The notes: generated from the sequence alone by a model not told the origin. A stretch of 53,656 nucleotides of DNA from Smithella sp. SCADC (GCA_000747625.2 JQDQ01000168.1:1-53656), one strand, 5' to 3'. Counted from the first letter of the stretch, positions 29,121 to 39,143 are shown. Made by a program: numbers and translations.

Positions 29121-29295
29121 CTCACTACACACAATCAATATTTGCAATTGCGATACTGTCTTTTCGCAAAGGAATGATAAAAATGGCCAAAATTGATTTT
29201 TTACCAGATCATCAAAGATAACAACCCAGTGGTTGACAACGGCGGCTCTTTAGTATAATTTACAGCTATAAAAGAACCGGGAAAATAAAAATTAA

Positions 29296-29961
29296 ATGAA
29301 AATAATAGCCCCTTCAATCCTTTCCGCCGACAGCAGCAGGCTAAGCGAGGAAATCGCTGCTGTAGAAAAAGCCGGCGCCGACTGGATTCATATTGATGTA
29401 ATGGACGGTCATTTTGTTCCCAACATTACCCTGGGACCGGCCATAATATCAACCTTAAGAAAAACCACAAAACTACCTTTCGATGTACACCTGATGATTG
29501 AAAATCCCGAAAGGTACATTGAATCTTTTTCTCAAGCCGGCGCGGACATTATTACCGTGCATGTGGAAGCGGCCAGTCATCTTCACCGGACAATCGATAT
29601 CATCAAAAAGGCCGGGAAAAAAGCAGGCGTTTCATTAAATCCGGCGACATCTTTGACGCAAATCGAAGAAATTCTTCCCGATATCGATCTGCTATTGATT
29701 ATGAGCGTTAATCCGGGATTCGGCGGCCAACAATTTATCAAAACCTCTTTACCAAAAATTGCCAGGGCAAAAAAAATGCTGGAAGCTTCGCCATATAAAG
29801 TGCTGCTGGAAGTTGATGGAGGAGTAAATCTAAAAAACATTGGTGATATCGCTCAGGCCGGCGCCGATGTTATCGTCGCCGGAGCCGCAGTCTTCGGCAG
29901 CGACGATTACACAAAAACTATAACTTCATTAAAAACTGCCGCTAATAGTCAGACAACTTAA
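29296..29961 (+). CDS. rpe: Ribulose-phosphate 3-epimerase
   Basis: IAPSILSAD, HIDVMDGHFVPN, DVHLMI, MSVNPGFGGQ, VDGG. Confidence 0.97.
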   Translation: MKIIAPSILSADSSRLSEEIAAVEKAGADWIHIDVMDGHFVPNITLGPAIISTLRKTTKLPFDVHLMIENPERYIESFSQAGADIITVHVEAASHLHRTIDIIKKAGKKAGVSLNPATSLTQIEEILPDIDLLLIMSVNPGFGGQQFIKTSLPKIARAKKMLEASPYKVLLEVDGGVNLKNIGDIAQAGADVIVAGAAVFGSDDYTKTITSLKTAANSQTT

Positions 29962-29978
29962 CCTTCCAAAGATTAAAA

Positions 29979-30013
29979 CAAAAAACCCGCTGTCAAATAC
30001 AGCGGGTTTATTT
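29979..30013 (+). terminator. Rho-independent terminator after rpe
   Basis: AAACCCGCTGT-CAAAT-ACAGCGGGTTT. Confidence 0.7.
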
Positions 30014-30322
30014 GTTGAAGATTATGCGTTTTTACTTTGCTATTTTTGCCATTACACTTAATTACGATTGGTTGCAGTTTATCAAACCATAAGCAAAAAT
30101 CAAGCAATATTTTTAAAAAATTGGCCGTCTACTTAAATCAATAAAGATAACAATTACTTATTGATCACAAACAAGTATTTTAGTCAAAACCATCGGGTGC
30201 AACTGGAAATTATAAATTTTGTGCTTGACAAGGCCAAAAAAAAGCGTATTTTTGCAAGCAGTATAAGGACTTGTTATATTAGTACAATCTTTATTAAATC
30301 TTTGAAAGGAGGTTTGCGGATA

Positions 30323-30520
30323 ATGAAAAAAATGTTTGCTATTTTTGTTGCTATGCTGTTCGTTGCATCTTTATCTATTTCAGTTGTAGGATGCAAAAAA
30401 GCTGAAGAACCTGCACCGGCTCCTGCTGTTGAAACACCTGCTCCCGTACCGGCTCCTGCTCCTGACGCTGCCAATGCACCGGCGCCAGCTCCCGAAGCTG
30501 CGCCTGCTCCTGCAAAATAA
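30323..30520 (+). CDS. Small Pro/Ala-rich lipoprotein (65 aa)
   Basis: AAGGAGG SD; MKK-hydrophobic-VVGC lipobox; PAPAPA mature part; TTGACA-16-TATTTT at 30225. Confidence 0.8.
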   Translation: MKKMFAIFVAMLFVASLSISVVGCKKAEEPAPAPAVETPAPVPAPAPDAANAPAPAPEAAPAPAK

Positions 30521-30548
30521 TTGCTTAAGAATAATTTGCAGACAGACT

Positions 30549-30588
30549 AATCGGGTATTCACTGAAAAAGTGAATGCCCGATTTTTTT
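30549..30588 (+). terminator. Rho-independent terminator
   Basis: AATCGGGTATTCACT-GAAAA-AGTGAATGCCCGA followed by T7. Confidence 0.8.
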
Positions 30589-30594
30589 GTGTTT

Positions 30595-31347
30595 TTATTC
30601 CTGAACAGGAAACAGACTGTTTTTAATCAGTTTCATTTTTGCCAGACGAAAAGTCAGCGCCGTATTCAGACAGCCGAAACCGTATTTGATGCTCCGGCTT
30701 AAGTTGATTGATGAAGCTTCGGCAAAATAATTCGTCGGGCAGCTTACTTCCGCGATCGTGTAACCAACCCAGACAACCTGTGCCAGCATTTGATTATCGA
30801 AAACAAAATCATCGGAATTATTTTTCAGCGGCAGTTTCAGCAAAAGTTCGCGGGAAAAAGCCCGGTATCCGGTGTGATACTCGGAAAGTTTTGCTCCGAT
30901 TAAAATATTTTCCGTTAAAGTCAGAAAACGGTTGGCGATATATTTCCATGGTGGCATGCCGCCTTTTAAAGCGTAGCCGCCTAAGATGCGGGAACCAAGC
31001 ACACAATGATAAAGGCCGTTGCCGATCATTGAAGTCATCGCCGGAATCAGCTTGGGCGTGTACTGATAATCAGGATGCACCATGATGATGATGTCCGCGC
31101 CCTCTTCCAGCGCCAGCCGGTAACAGGTTTTTTGATTGCCTCCGTAGCCGAGATTGCGTTCATGCACAAAAACTTTCGTCAGAGGAAGATCCTCTGCGAC
31201 TTTCACGGTATTGTCCGGGCTGGCGTCGTCGACAAGTATAACTTTATCCACGACGCCCTGCGCCATGACTTCATTATATGTTTTCATGATGGTTTTTTCG
31301 GCGTTGTAAGCCGGCATGACCACCACTACTTTTTTATTCTGAAACAT
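30595..31347 (-). CDS. Glycosyltransferase family 2 (polyprenol-phosphate sugar transferase-like)
   Basis: VMPAYN, LVDD.S.D, NLGYGGNQK, HPDYQY, EYHTGYRA. Confidence 0.9.
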   Translation of the reverse strand: MFQNKKVVVVMPAYNAEKTIMKTYNEVMAQGVVDKVILVDDASPDNTVKVAEDLPLTKVFVHERNLGYGGNQKTCYRLALEEGADIIIMVHPDYQYTPKLIPAMTSMIGNGLYHCVLGSRILGGYALKGGMPPWKYIANRFLTLTENILIGAKLSEYHTGYRAFSRELLLKLPLKNNSDDFVFDNQMLAQVVWVGYTIAEVSCPTNYFAEASSINLSRSIKYGFGCLNTALTFRLAKMKLIKNSLFPVQE

Positions 31348-31368
31348 GCCTCTACCCGGCCGCTCTTT

Positions 31369-32406
31369 CTAAGCAAAATGAGCGTCAAGTTTCTGCTGCT
31401 GCTTAGCCGCCTCCGCCACCATTCTATCCATCAGTTCGGCCACGGCCGGTTCATCGTGAAGCAGGCCCATCACCTGCCCTACGGGAAGCACACCTTCCTT
31501 CGTATCGCCTTCTTCCGTGGCAACTCTGATCGCATGGAAACCGTTCGCCATGAAAGCCAGTTGTTTGGCGGTTTTCCAGCCTGTCAGCATAACACCCGCA
31601 AACAGTTTGAAGAAAGGCAATTTTAACTGCCTGGAAATATCCTGCGCATTTATGAAAGCCGCCGGCAGATTCAAGCCTTTCTTGACGGCTCTTTCGGCGG
31701 CATCGGTCTTCATAATACGGCAGAGTAGTCCGTCGAATCGATCCGAATACAAAGTATCCTCGACGCCTTTTTCCATGGACAGTTTTTTATAAACATCATG
31801 AAGAGGACTTTCTTTAGTTGTCATAAAACGGGTGCCCATAGCGATTCCTTCCGCGCCCAGAGCCAGCGCCGCCGCCAGACCGCGTCCGTCGCCGAAACCG
31901 CCGGTGGCGATGACGGGAATCTTTACAGCATCAACCAAAGAAGGAACAAGCACCAGAGAAGTAACATGCTCGCCATGCGCCGCTGCCTCGTGACCGGTGG
32001 AAATAACGCCATCGCAGCCGTAATCCTCCGCACGTTTGGCATGTCGTGCGTTAACCACAGTCGCAATAACTTTACCTCCATAAGTATGCGCTTCCTTTAC
32101 TATCCAGTCACCTTTACCCAGAGAAAAATTAATCACAGGCACTTTTTCTTCCAGCAACGCTTTGGCGTTTTCAGCCGCACCCGGAAATAAAAGAGTAGCA
32201 TTGGCGCCGAAAGGTTTATCCGTGAGAGAACGGATTTCTTTGATTGCTTGCCGCGTCTGTTCTGCATTTAAAGGACCTGTCGCCAGAATTCCCAAGCCTC
32301 CGGCATTAGAAACGGCTGCAACCATTTTTGGCGTACTAATCCAGCTCATTCCGGATAAAATAATGGGATATTTGATTCCAAAAAGCTCTGTAATCCTGGT
32401 TTTCAT
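31369..32406 (-). CDS. Nitronate monooxygenase / FabK-like FMN enzyme
   Basis: MKTRITELFGIKYPI, AVSNAGGLG, GHEAAAH, GGFGDGRG, MGTRF; start set to 32406. Confidence 0.88.
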   Translation of the reverse strand: MKTRITELFGIKYPIILSGMSWISTPKMVAAVSNAGGLGILATGPLNAEQTRQAIKEIRSLTDKPFGANATLLFPGAAENAKALLEEKVPVINFSLGKGDWIVKEAHTYGGKVIATVVNARHAKRAEDYGCDGVISTGHEAAAHGEHVTSLVLVPSLVDAVKIPVIATGGFGDGRGLAAALALGAEGIAMGTRFMTTKESPLHDVYKKLSMEKGVEDTLYSDRFDGLLCRIMKTDAAERAVKKGLNLPAAFINAQDISRQLKLPFFKLFAGVMLTGWKTAKQLAFMANGFHAIRVATEEGDTKEGVLPVGQVMGLLHDEPAVAELMDRMVAEAAKQQQKLDAHFA

Positions 32407-32422
32407 AAAAATATTCCCTAAT

Positions 32423-33286
32423 TTATTTTTTACTGTAATCGTATACGCCGCGGCCGGTTTTGCGTCCCAAGCGGCCCGCGCGGACAAGTTTTCTCAACAT
32501 CAGCGCCGGACGGTATTTGTCGCCCAGTTCTTTGTACAAATCTTCCAGGACATGCAGCATAGTATCAAGGCCGATCAGATCAGCCAGCGCCAACGGCCCG
32601 ATGGGATGATTGCATCCCAGCATCATGCCCTTGTCGATATCCTCGGCAGAAGCGAGTCCTTCATCCAGAACATGGAAAGCTTCGTTGAGCATCAGGCACA
32701 GTATGCGGTTCACAACAAACGCCGGAGCTTCTTTTACTACAATAACTTCCTTGCCGATTTTTTTGCCCCAGGCTTTGGCGACTTCCAGTGTTTCAGGTGA
32801 CGTCTGATAACAGCAGATTATTTCCAGAAGTTTCATCACGGGAACCGGATTGAAAAAATGAGTGCCGATTACCTTATCCGGACGTTTGGTCACGGAAGCC
32901 ATTTCCGTGATACTTAGTCCTGAAGTGTTCGTGAAAAAAAGACAATGCGGAGGAACGATTCCTTCGAGTTCTTCATAAACTTTCTTCTTGACAGCCATAA
33001 CTTCTATGACAACTTCCACTACAATATCCGCTCCTGTTGCCGCTTCTTTGATATCCAAAGTAGGTTTGATATGGCCAAGAATCGTCTCCATCTGCTCTTT
33101 GGTGATTTTGCCTTTTTCCGCATCGCGGCTGAGGTTCTTTTTAATCGTGTTCATCCCGCCGTCAATAAAGCGCTGTTCAATATCGCGCATGGTTACTTCA
33201 TATCCCGCCTGCGCGCATACCTGCGCAATTCCGCTGCCCATCAATCCGGCGCCCAACACACAAACTTTTTTGATTTCCATTTTCAT
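32423..33286 (-). CDS. hbd: 3-hydroxybutyryl-CoA / 3-hydroxyacyl-CoA dehydrogenase
   Basis: [46 protein letters not shown]. Confidence 0.92.
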   Translation of the reverse strand: MKMEIKKVCVLGAGLMGSGIAQVCAQAGYEVTMRDIEQRFIDGGMNTIKKNLSRDAEKGKITKEQMETILGHIKPTLDIKEAATGADIVVEVVIEVMAVKKKVYEELEGIVPPHCLFFTNTSGLSITEMASVTKRPDKVIGTHFFNPVPVMKLLEIICCYQTSPETLEVAKAWGKKIGKEVIVVKEAPAFVVNRILCLMLNEAFHVLDEGLASAEDIDKGMMLGCNHPIGPLALADLIGLDTMLHVLEDLYKELGDKYRPALMLRKLVRAGRLGRKTGRGVYDYSKK

Positions 33287-33355
33287 TTCCCCTTTAAATT
33301 ATTTTATTCGGATAAATCGATTTACCCTGTTATCGAAGATATTCAAACCAGTTTT

Positions 33356-33438
33356 GTCATTGCGAGCCTGAGGCAAAGCAATATCGCTTTTGTCTCGCCC
33401 CTCAGATTGCCGCGCTTCCTGCAGGAGCTCGCAATGAC
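33356..33438. repeat. Palindromic repeat, GTCATTGCGAG variant related to family A
   Basis: GTCATTGCGAGC..GCAAT-spacer-AGATTGC..GCTCGCAATGAC. Confidence 0.75.
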
Positions 33439-33564
33439 GACATCTTTATGATACTGACTCAGGGCAGACTAACAAACTATGCGAGCCAAAGTCAAGGAAA
33501 AACCCCGGACGGGGAAATATCAGAATTTCATTGAACAAAGAGCTCCGATATGCAAGAATTATTC

Positions 33565-34083
33565 ATGCTTATTTTAATTGATGGCTATAACTTAATCAGA
33601 CAATCCGACAACCTGCGGCGATATGAAAGAAAAACTTTGGAGACGGGAAGAAACGCTTTAATCGCCAGGCTTGTCGAATATGAAAATAAAAGGGCGCATC
33701 AGATCATCGTGGTTTTTGACGGCATCCAAAACGGATGGGCGGAAGAAGGAAGAGACAGGGAAGGGAAAATCAATATTATTTATTCCCGCCATGGCGAGAG
33801 AGCTGATGACGTCATTAAGAGAATAGCGGCGCAAACCGCGGGAGAAGTTATTGTAGTTTCTTCCGATCGGGAAATATCATCTTTTGCAACTCAGTCAGGC
33901 AAAACGCCTCTGTCGTCTTTAGAATTTGAAGCAATTATGAACAACGTTATTTACGCACCTTTCGAAACAAAACCCGCAACGAAGAAAATGGAAATTAACG
34001 AGCGGCGTCCCCAAAAGAAGGGACCGGCAAGAAGATTGCCCCGCGCGAAAAGACAAAAGCAGACAAAAATCAGTAAACTCTGA
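33565..34083 (+). CDS. YacP-like NYN domain protein (putative RNase)
   Basis: LIDGYNLI, VVFDG, ADDVI, VVSSDREI. Confidence 0.88.
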   Translation: MLILIDGYNLIRQSDNLRRYERKTLETGRNALIARLVEYENKRAHQIIVVFDGIQNGWAEEGRDREGKINIIYSRHGERADDVIKRIAAQTAGEVIVVSSDREISSFATQSGKTPLSSLEFEAIMNNVIYAPFETKPATKKMEINERRPQKKGPARRLPRAKRQKQTKISKL

Positions 34084-34250
34084 TGTCCCCCGCTGGCGGG
34101 GGCAGGGGGTGGACGTGTTATTGCGGATATTATTTATCGTAGGGCGCGTTTCCTAAACGCGCCGCACGTCGGACTGCTCGGGGAGCAGTCCCTACAATTT
34201 CCACCTCCGTTCCGATGCTACATCGGGACACTTCCGCCGGCGGAGGGTAT
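34083..34250. repeat. Family B repeat, copy 4, with a nested GTAG-type REP doublet (34139-34195)
   Basis: Family B arms; spacer holds GTAG-GGCGCGTTT-CCT-AAACGCGCC and inverted GTAG-GGACTGCTC-CCC-GAGCAGTCC. Confidence 0.82.
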
Positions 34251-34396
34251 AGGCCAATTTCCGGCAATTAATCATCAGATCATTACAAAAACAACGGTGG
34301 ATCGAGTAAAAAAACATTGAAAACTAATAACATTTCTGATAGAAATCATAAAAATATAAAAGTATTATCTATTCCGATTTAAAAAGGAGAGTAATA

Positions 34397-36385
34397 ATGA
34401 TTAAGGTAATCAGGGCAAAATTATTTCGGCAATTATGTCTGCTCTTTTCTTTATTTCTACTTTGTTGTCTTATCGCCTGCGGCGGGAGTAAGGACACAGC
34501 CGATACCGGAGGGGGGTCAACGACAACAGGCACACCTACTCTTACTTTAAGTGTTCCCAATGTAACATTCGGAACTCCTGTCACAGCTACAGTGACACTC
34601 ACAAGTGGCAGTGGCGCGACGATACAAGGTGCCGTCGTAACCTTTTCGACGTCAAGCGGTCTTGTCACATTTACTCCAACTTCCGCCAGCGCCCTGACAA
34701 ATTCCAGTGGCGTCGCTTCCGTCACATTGAGTGCCGCTAGTGTTGATTCCGCTGGAGCTACCTATATTACGGCTTCGACTTCAATTTACATTGACGGCAC
34801 AGATACAACAGTTACCAGCAATCAGGTAGGCATTTCGGTCAGCGGGGGAACAGTTACACTGGGCACTCTCACGGTGGGCACGTCACCAATTTCCGCTTAC
34901 GGCACCAGCAGCTTAAGCGTACCAGTACTGATAAATGGTGTACCTGCCACAGTTCCCATCTCTGTAACCTTTACTTCACCCTGCGTTAGCGCGAGCAAGG
35001 CAACAATTTCCAGCCCTGTAACGAGTTCCGCAGGCACGGCAATATCCACCTACAAAGATAATGCTTGCGCTTCCGGATCATCTGACATATCGGATGAGAT
35101 ACGGGCAGCTGTAACTAGTAACCCTAGTGTCTCTGTCACCAATACCATAACTGTTCATCCTACTCAGGTCAACAATATACAATTTATATCAGCAATTCCT
35201 GCAACCATCGGTAAAAAGGGAACAGGCTCATCAACATTACCACAAACTTCGCTGGTTACATTTAAAGTGGTGGATAGTAGCGGTAAAGCCAAACCGGGAA
35301 TAGGTGTCGCTTTCAGCCTCCTGCCGGCAACCGTTCCGGGAGGAGTCTCACTCGATCCTGCTACGGGGACATCTGACGACAATGGATTAGTCACGACTAC
35401 GGTTACTTCAGGTACGGTGCCAACGCCTGTCTGGGTTGTGGCAACAACCACCGTCGCGCCGATAGTTAGCAGTCAGTCCAACGCCTTAACCATTACAACC
35501 GGACTACCTACACAGAAATTTTTCTCGCTTGCCGTGCAAACCCATAATATTGAAGCCTGGGGATATGATAATGTGCCATCCAAAGTAACTATTTCCGCAT
35601 ATGATCGTCTGGGCCAGCCCGTGCCTGATGGCACAGCAGTCAACTTTTACACTGAGGGAGGGGGAGGAATTTCGCCTGCGAATTGCTCAACGACAGGCGG
35701 AATGTGCACTTCTACATTCCTAAGCCAATACAGTAGCAGACCTTCAAATGGCAGAGTAACGATACTGGCTACCGCTGTAGGAGAAGAAAGTTTTGTTGAT
35801 CTAGACGGCAACGATACTTATGATTCAGGCGAAACTTTTTATTCTCTGGGTGATTTATATATTGATGCCGACGAAAGCCTAAACTGGGAAAGTGGCGAGC
35901 AATTTTTCCTTCCTTATGCTTCAGAGGGATCTTCGGCCTGTCCAGATAACGCGTTAAGCAAGCACAATACATGTGATGCTACATGGAGCACAAACTATGT
36001 TCGGCGCAGCAATCTCATAATCCTTTCATCCTCTGAACCTCTCGAAACTTCATATACGGTTACAATGGGAACTAATTGCCTGCGAACAGCTACTTTACTA
36101 TTGAGAGATGTTAACGGTAACACCATGCCGGCGGGAACTACAATTTCCACAGCTAATAATTATGTATATTATAAAACTTCTGGTGCCACTACAAATTCCA
36201 CGGCTTCTGTAAACATTGATAGTGGTTCTCCTATTCCTGATTCCACATCCAACAGTGGCACAAACTTTACTATTACGATAGATGGAACAGATTGCGCAGC
36301 ACCAAATTATCCGTCAGGGACTGTGAATGTAGTCGTTACGTCACCAAAGGGGCTTACTACAAAAATACCCGTTACTGTCAACTAA
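34397..36385 (+). CDS. Thr/Ser-rich lipoprotein with bacterial Ig-like (Big_1/invasin-type) domains; putative adhesin
   Basis: LIAC lipobox; V.F.TS.G..ALTNSSG.A.V.L Ig motifs; GRVTILA.A.GEESF.D.DGN Ca-binding-like motifs. Confidence 0.78.
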   Translation: MIKVIRAKLFRQLCLLFSLFLLCCLIACGGSKDTADTGGGSTTTGTPTLTLSVPNVTFGTPVTATVTLTSGSGATIQGAVVTFSTSSGLVTFTPTSASALTNSSGVASVTLSAASVDSAGATYITASTSIYIDGTDTTVTSNQVGISVSGGTVTLGTLTVGTSPISAYGTSSLSVPVLINGVPATVPISVTFTSPCVSASKATISSPVTSSAGTAISTYKDNACASGSSDISDEIRAAVTSNPSVSVTNTITVHPTQVNNIQFISAIPATIGKKGTGSSTLPQTSLVTFKVVDSSGKAKPGIGVAFSLLPATVPGGVSLDPATGTSDDNGLVTTTVTSGTVPTPVWVVATTTVAPIVSSQSNALTITTGLPTQKFFSLAVQTHNIEAWGYDNVPSKVTISAYDRLGQPVPDGTAVNFYTEGGGGISPANCSTTGGMCTSTFLSQYSSRPSNGRVTILATAVGEESFVDLDGNDTYDSGETFYSLGDLYIDADESLNWESGEQFFLPYASEGSSACPDNALSKHNTCDATWSTNYVRRSNLIILSSSEPLETSYTVTMGTNCLRTATLLLRDVNGNTMPAGTTISTANNYVYYKTSGATTNSTASVNIDSGSPIPDSTSNSGTNFTITIDGTDCAAPNYPSGTVNVVVTSPKGLTTKIPVTVN

Positions 36386-36413
36386 CACTATTTTACTTTT
36401 GATATAATGCCAG

Positions 36414-36440
36414 AAAAGCCGGCCCAAAGCCGGCTTTTTT
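36414..36440. terminator. Bidirectional terminator between the Ig-like gene and holA
   Basis: AAAAGCCGGC-CCAAA-GCCGGCTTTTTT. Confidence 0.8.
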
Positions 36441-37782
36441 ATGAGCAGGCTTTAATCAAAAACATCTCCAGCAATAATTGCGGGCTGGGGGCGGAAGATT
36501 TAAAGGCGCGATCAAGTTCCAGCAATTCATCAAGAAATTTGATCAGACGTGGATAAGTAAAGCGGCTGCAATTACGCAACGCGTTATACACAACAAAAGG
36601 ATGCTGGCTGAAAATAAGGCCTTCCCGCTTTACCCCTGAGGCGTTCAATTCGCCGATAACGGGATAAAGAATTTTTTGGAACCAGCCGTATTCCATGCCG
36701 GGAGTGAATTTCGGCAGCTTGCCCGAATCAACCAGAATCCTGGCCTGCAGCAAAAGACGGATTTCCCGAACCAGCATACTCAGAATGATCAGATGATGAG
36801 TCCCCTGATCCAGAATATTTTTCAGGGCATCGAGCGCCGCCAGTTGATTTTTTTCACTCAGGGCGTTCGTTAAAGCGAAGATTTCTTCTTCTTTTGTTTT
36901 GCCCACGGCGTCTTCAACATCATCTTTATCGATGATCGTCTTGTCTCCGGCATAAGAAATAAGCTTCTCCAGTTCCAGCATTGAGCGCCGTAAATCGAAT
37001 CCTGTTTTCCGGCCTAAAGCGATCCAGGCCGCGGGCGATAATTTTTTGCCGCAACCCTCCAACAATTGCTGTGCCTGCTTCTGAAGTGTTTCTTTTCTGA
37101 CTGTTTCGTTTTTGACCTCACCGAAATAATGGACAACACCCGCCTCGGAAATAATTTTGTAGAGTTTCTTCCTTTTGTCCACATCTTCAGCCGTAAGAAT
37201 CAGACAGTTTCCCGCGGGTAATCCTTCCTTAAAAATTTCTTCGAGACGCTCGACTTTGTCGGCGCCTGTTGCCGCGATGAGTCCTGAATCGGAACAGATT
37301 TCCAAAATGCGGGGCAGCCATTTTTCGCGCTCTTCTCCCGCATCTCCTTTCACAATTTTACTCCATTCATCATCGGTTATTTTTCGCCAACCGGCATTGA
37401 GCAAATCCTCCAGAGAAAAACCGGCTATTTTTAAAAAAGTCAGAAAATATTTCGCCGCCTTCGCCGGCTGTTCATCAATGCTGCCGCGTATTTTTTGAAT
37501 CAGTTGCGCCAGGTTTTCGCGGGATTGAAAAATAGTCGTGTTCCGCACCACAACCACTTTCCTGTCGCCTAAAAGAGAAGGTGTCAGGATATTTTCCATC
37601 AGGCTGTCCATATCGGTATTTTCGCCGTCAAGATAAAACAGGCTGAAATCCCGGGAACCATCCGGTAATATTATATCTAAAATTTTATTGAGGGTTTCAG
37701 TGATTAGATACTCTTCTTCTCCGTAAAGAAGGTAACAGGGCGCAATAATACCTTTTTTTAAATTGGCAAAGATTTTTTCCAT
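36439..37782 (-). CDS. holA: DNA polymerase III delta subunit (long form)
   Basis: YLLYGEEEYL, DKRKKLYK, ELEKL..Y, IFAL..A, D..FKS. Confidence 0.85.
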   Translation of the reverse strand: MEKIFANLKKGIIAPCYLLYGEEEYLITETLNKILDIILPDGSRDFSLFYLDGENTDMDSLMENILTPSLLGDRKVVVVRNTTIFQSRENLAQLIQKIRGSIDEQPAKAAKYFLTFLKIAGFSLEDLLNAGWRKITDDEWSKIVKGDAGEEREKWLPRILEICSDSGLIAATGADKVERLEEIFKEGLPAGNCLILTAEDVDKRKKLYKIISEAGVVHYFGEVKNETVRKETLQKQAQQLLEGCGKKLSPAAWIALGRKTGFDLRRSMLELEKLISYAGDKTIIDKDDVEDAVGKTKEEEIFALTNALSEKNQLAALDALKNILDQGTHHLIILSMLVREIRLLLQARILVDSGKLPKFTPGMEYGWFQKILYPVIGELNASGVKREGLIFSQHPFVVYNALRNCSRFTYPRLIKFLDELLELDRAFKSSAPSPQLLLEMFLIKACS

Positions 37783-37807
37783 GACTCAAAAGCGGTAAAT
37801 AAGAAGA

Positions 37808-38461
37808 TTAAATTATAACGTATTTCTTTATGAGCTTGACGACTTCTTCCGGTTCATCTACAATTTGAAGCAAATCGAGGTCAGCAGGAGAAATTTTTCC
37901 TTCTTTCAGCATTCCGTATTTCAGCCAGTCAATCAAGCCCTGCCAGTATTCGCTACCCATAAGAATAAGCGGAAAAGATTTGATTTTTTTGGTCTGAATC
38001 AAAGTAAGAGCTTCAAATAGTTCATCCATGGTGCCGAAGCCGCCCGGCAGGATCACATACGCAACAGCATATTTGACAAACATCACCTTGCGAATAAAAA
38101 AGTACTTGTAATGAAGATTGATATTGGCGTAGGGATTCGGCTTTTGTTCAAATGGCAATTGAATGTTCAATCCTGCTGATTTCCCGCCGGCTTCCGCCGC
38201 GCCCTTATTGGCCGCTTCCATAATTCCGCCGCCGCCACCGGTTATCACGCTAAATCCGCTTTGAACCAGAAGCCGGGCCAGGTTTTCTGCTTTTTGATAG
38301 TAAATATCATCGGGTTTGAGTCTGGCGGACCCGAAAAAAGTAACGGCATTATGCACCCTGGAAAGAGTTTCTATGCCCTCAACAAATTCAGCCATAATGC
38401 GAAATACCCGCCATGATTCATCAATGGACAGAGAATCGATTACATATTGTTTTTCTTCCAT
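37808..38461 (-). CDS. LOG family (TIGR00730) Rossmann-fold protein
   Basis: FGSAR, TGGGGGIMEAAN, YFFIRKVMF, PGGFGTMDE. Confidence 0.92.
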   Translation of the reverse strand: MEEKQYVIDSLSIDESWRVFRIMAEFVEGIETLSRVHNAVTFFGSARLKPDDIYYQKAENLARLLVQSGFSVITGGGGGIMEAANKGAAEAGGKSAGLNIQLPFEQKPNPYANINLHYKYFFIRKVMFVKYAVAYVILPGGFGTMDELFEALTLIQTKKIKSFPLILMGSEYWQGLIDWLKYGMLKEGKISPADLDLLQIVDEPEEVVKLIKKYVII

Positions 38462-38522
38462 AATGCATTACTCCCCTGAGGCCATAATTGAAAATTCCTA
38501 CACTTACAGGCTATCCAGTGTA

Positions 38523-38640
38523 GTGTCTCATAAATATCTATGCAGTATGTCATTTCGAAGCGAAGCGAGAAATCTTAATTATAGTCAGAATATACAAGAT
38601 ATCTCCCGCTGGTCGATATGACAAGGTTTCATTGAGACAC
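38523..38640. repeat. Family A core (38549-38622) inside GTGTCTCA/TGAGACAC inverted ends
   Basis: GTCATTTCGAAGCGAAGCGAGAAATCT-spacer-AGATATCTC..CGATATGAC. Confidence 0.8.
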
Positions 38641-38646
38641 ACCAGC

Positions 38647-38838
38647 TTAAAACTTGCGGCGTCTTTGAACTTTGGCCAGTCTTCGCTGTGCTTCAATTTT
38701 CTTTCTCTTTTGCTTTACTGAAGGCTTTTCATAAGCACGGCGGACTTTTAATTCCTTAAACAAGCCGCTTTTCGAAAGTTTGTTTTTCAAAAGTTTTAGA
38801 GCCTTTTCTACGTCATTGTCAATTACCCTTACTTCCAA
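38647..38838 (-). CDS. rpsU: 30S ribosomal protein S21
   Basis: 63 aa; DVEKALK.LK, G.FKE.K.R..YEKPS; TTG start after GAGGAGG. Confidence 0.92.
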   Translation of the reverse strand: MEVRVIDNDVEKALKLLKNKLSKSGLFKELKVRRAYEKPSVKQKRKKIEAQRRLAKVQRRRKF

Positions 38839-38886
38839 GTTAATTCCTCCTCGTTTTTATGTTCAATTTTTAATATTTTACCTAAA

Positions 38887-39080
38887 GTCACTTCGAATCC
38901 CGATGTTTCGGGATGAGAAGTCTTAAAGATTTCTCGTCGCTTCGCTCCTCGAAATGACATCATGGCTTCACAGACCACAGGCACTCTGCTCTCCGCTTCG
39001 CTCCTGGGATAATTTCCAATCCCGATGTTTCGGGATTAATTCGACTAACCAATCTGACTTCGCTTCGCTTGTCATATTGG
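38887..39080. repeat. Cluster of palindromic repeats upstream of rpsU (family A copy 38887-38958 plus related hairpins)
   Basis: GTCACTTCGA..AGATTTCTCGTCGCTTCGCTCCTCGAAATGAC; AATCCCGATGTTTCGGGAT twice; CGCTTCGCT three times. Confidence 0.75.
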
Positions 39081-39093
39081 AGTGTCATTAATA

Positions 39094-39143
39094 AAAAAAG
39101 GGCAGTTCGGCAAAAACAGATTTATTCTGTGCCGTAAACTACC
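39094..39143 (-). terminator. Terminator after hisC
   Basis: Minus strand GGGTAGTT..CGGCA..TGCCGAACTGCCC followed by T7. Confidence 0.6.
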
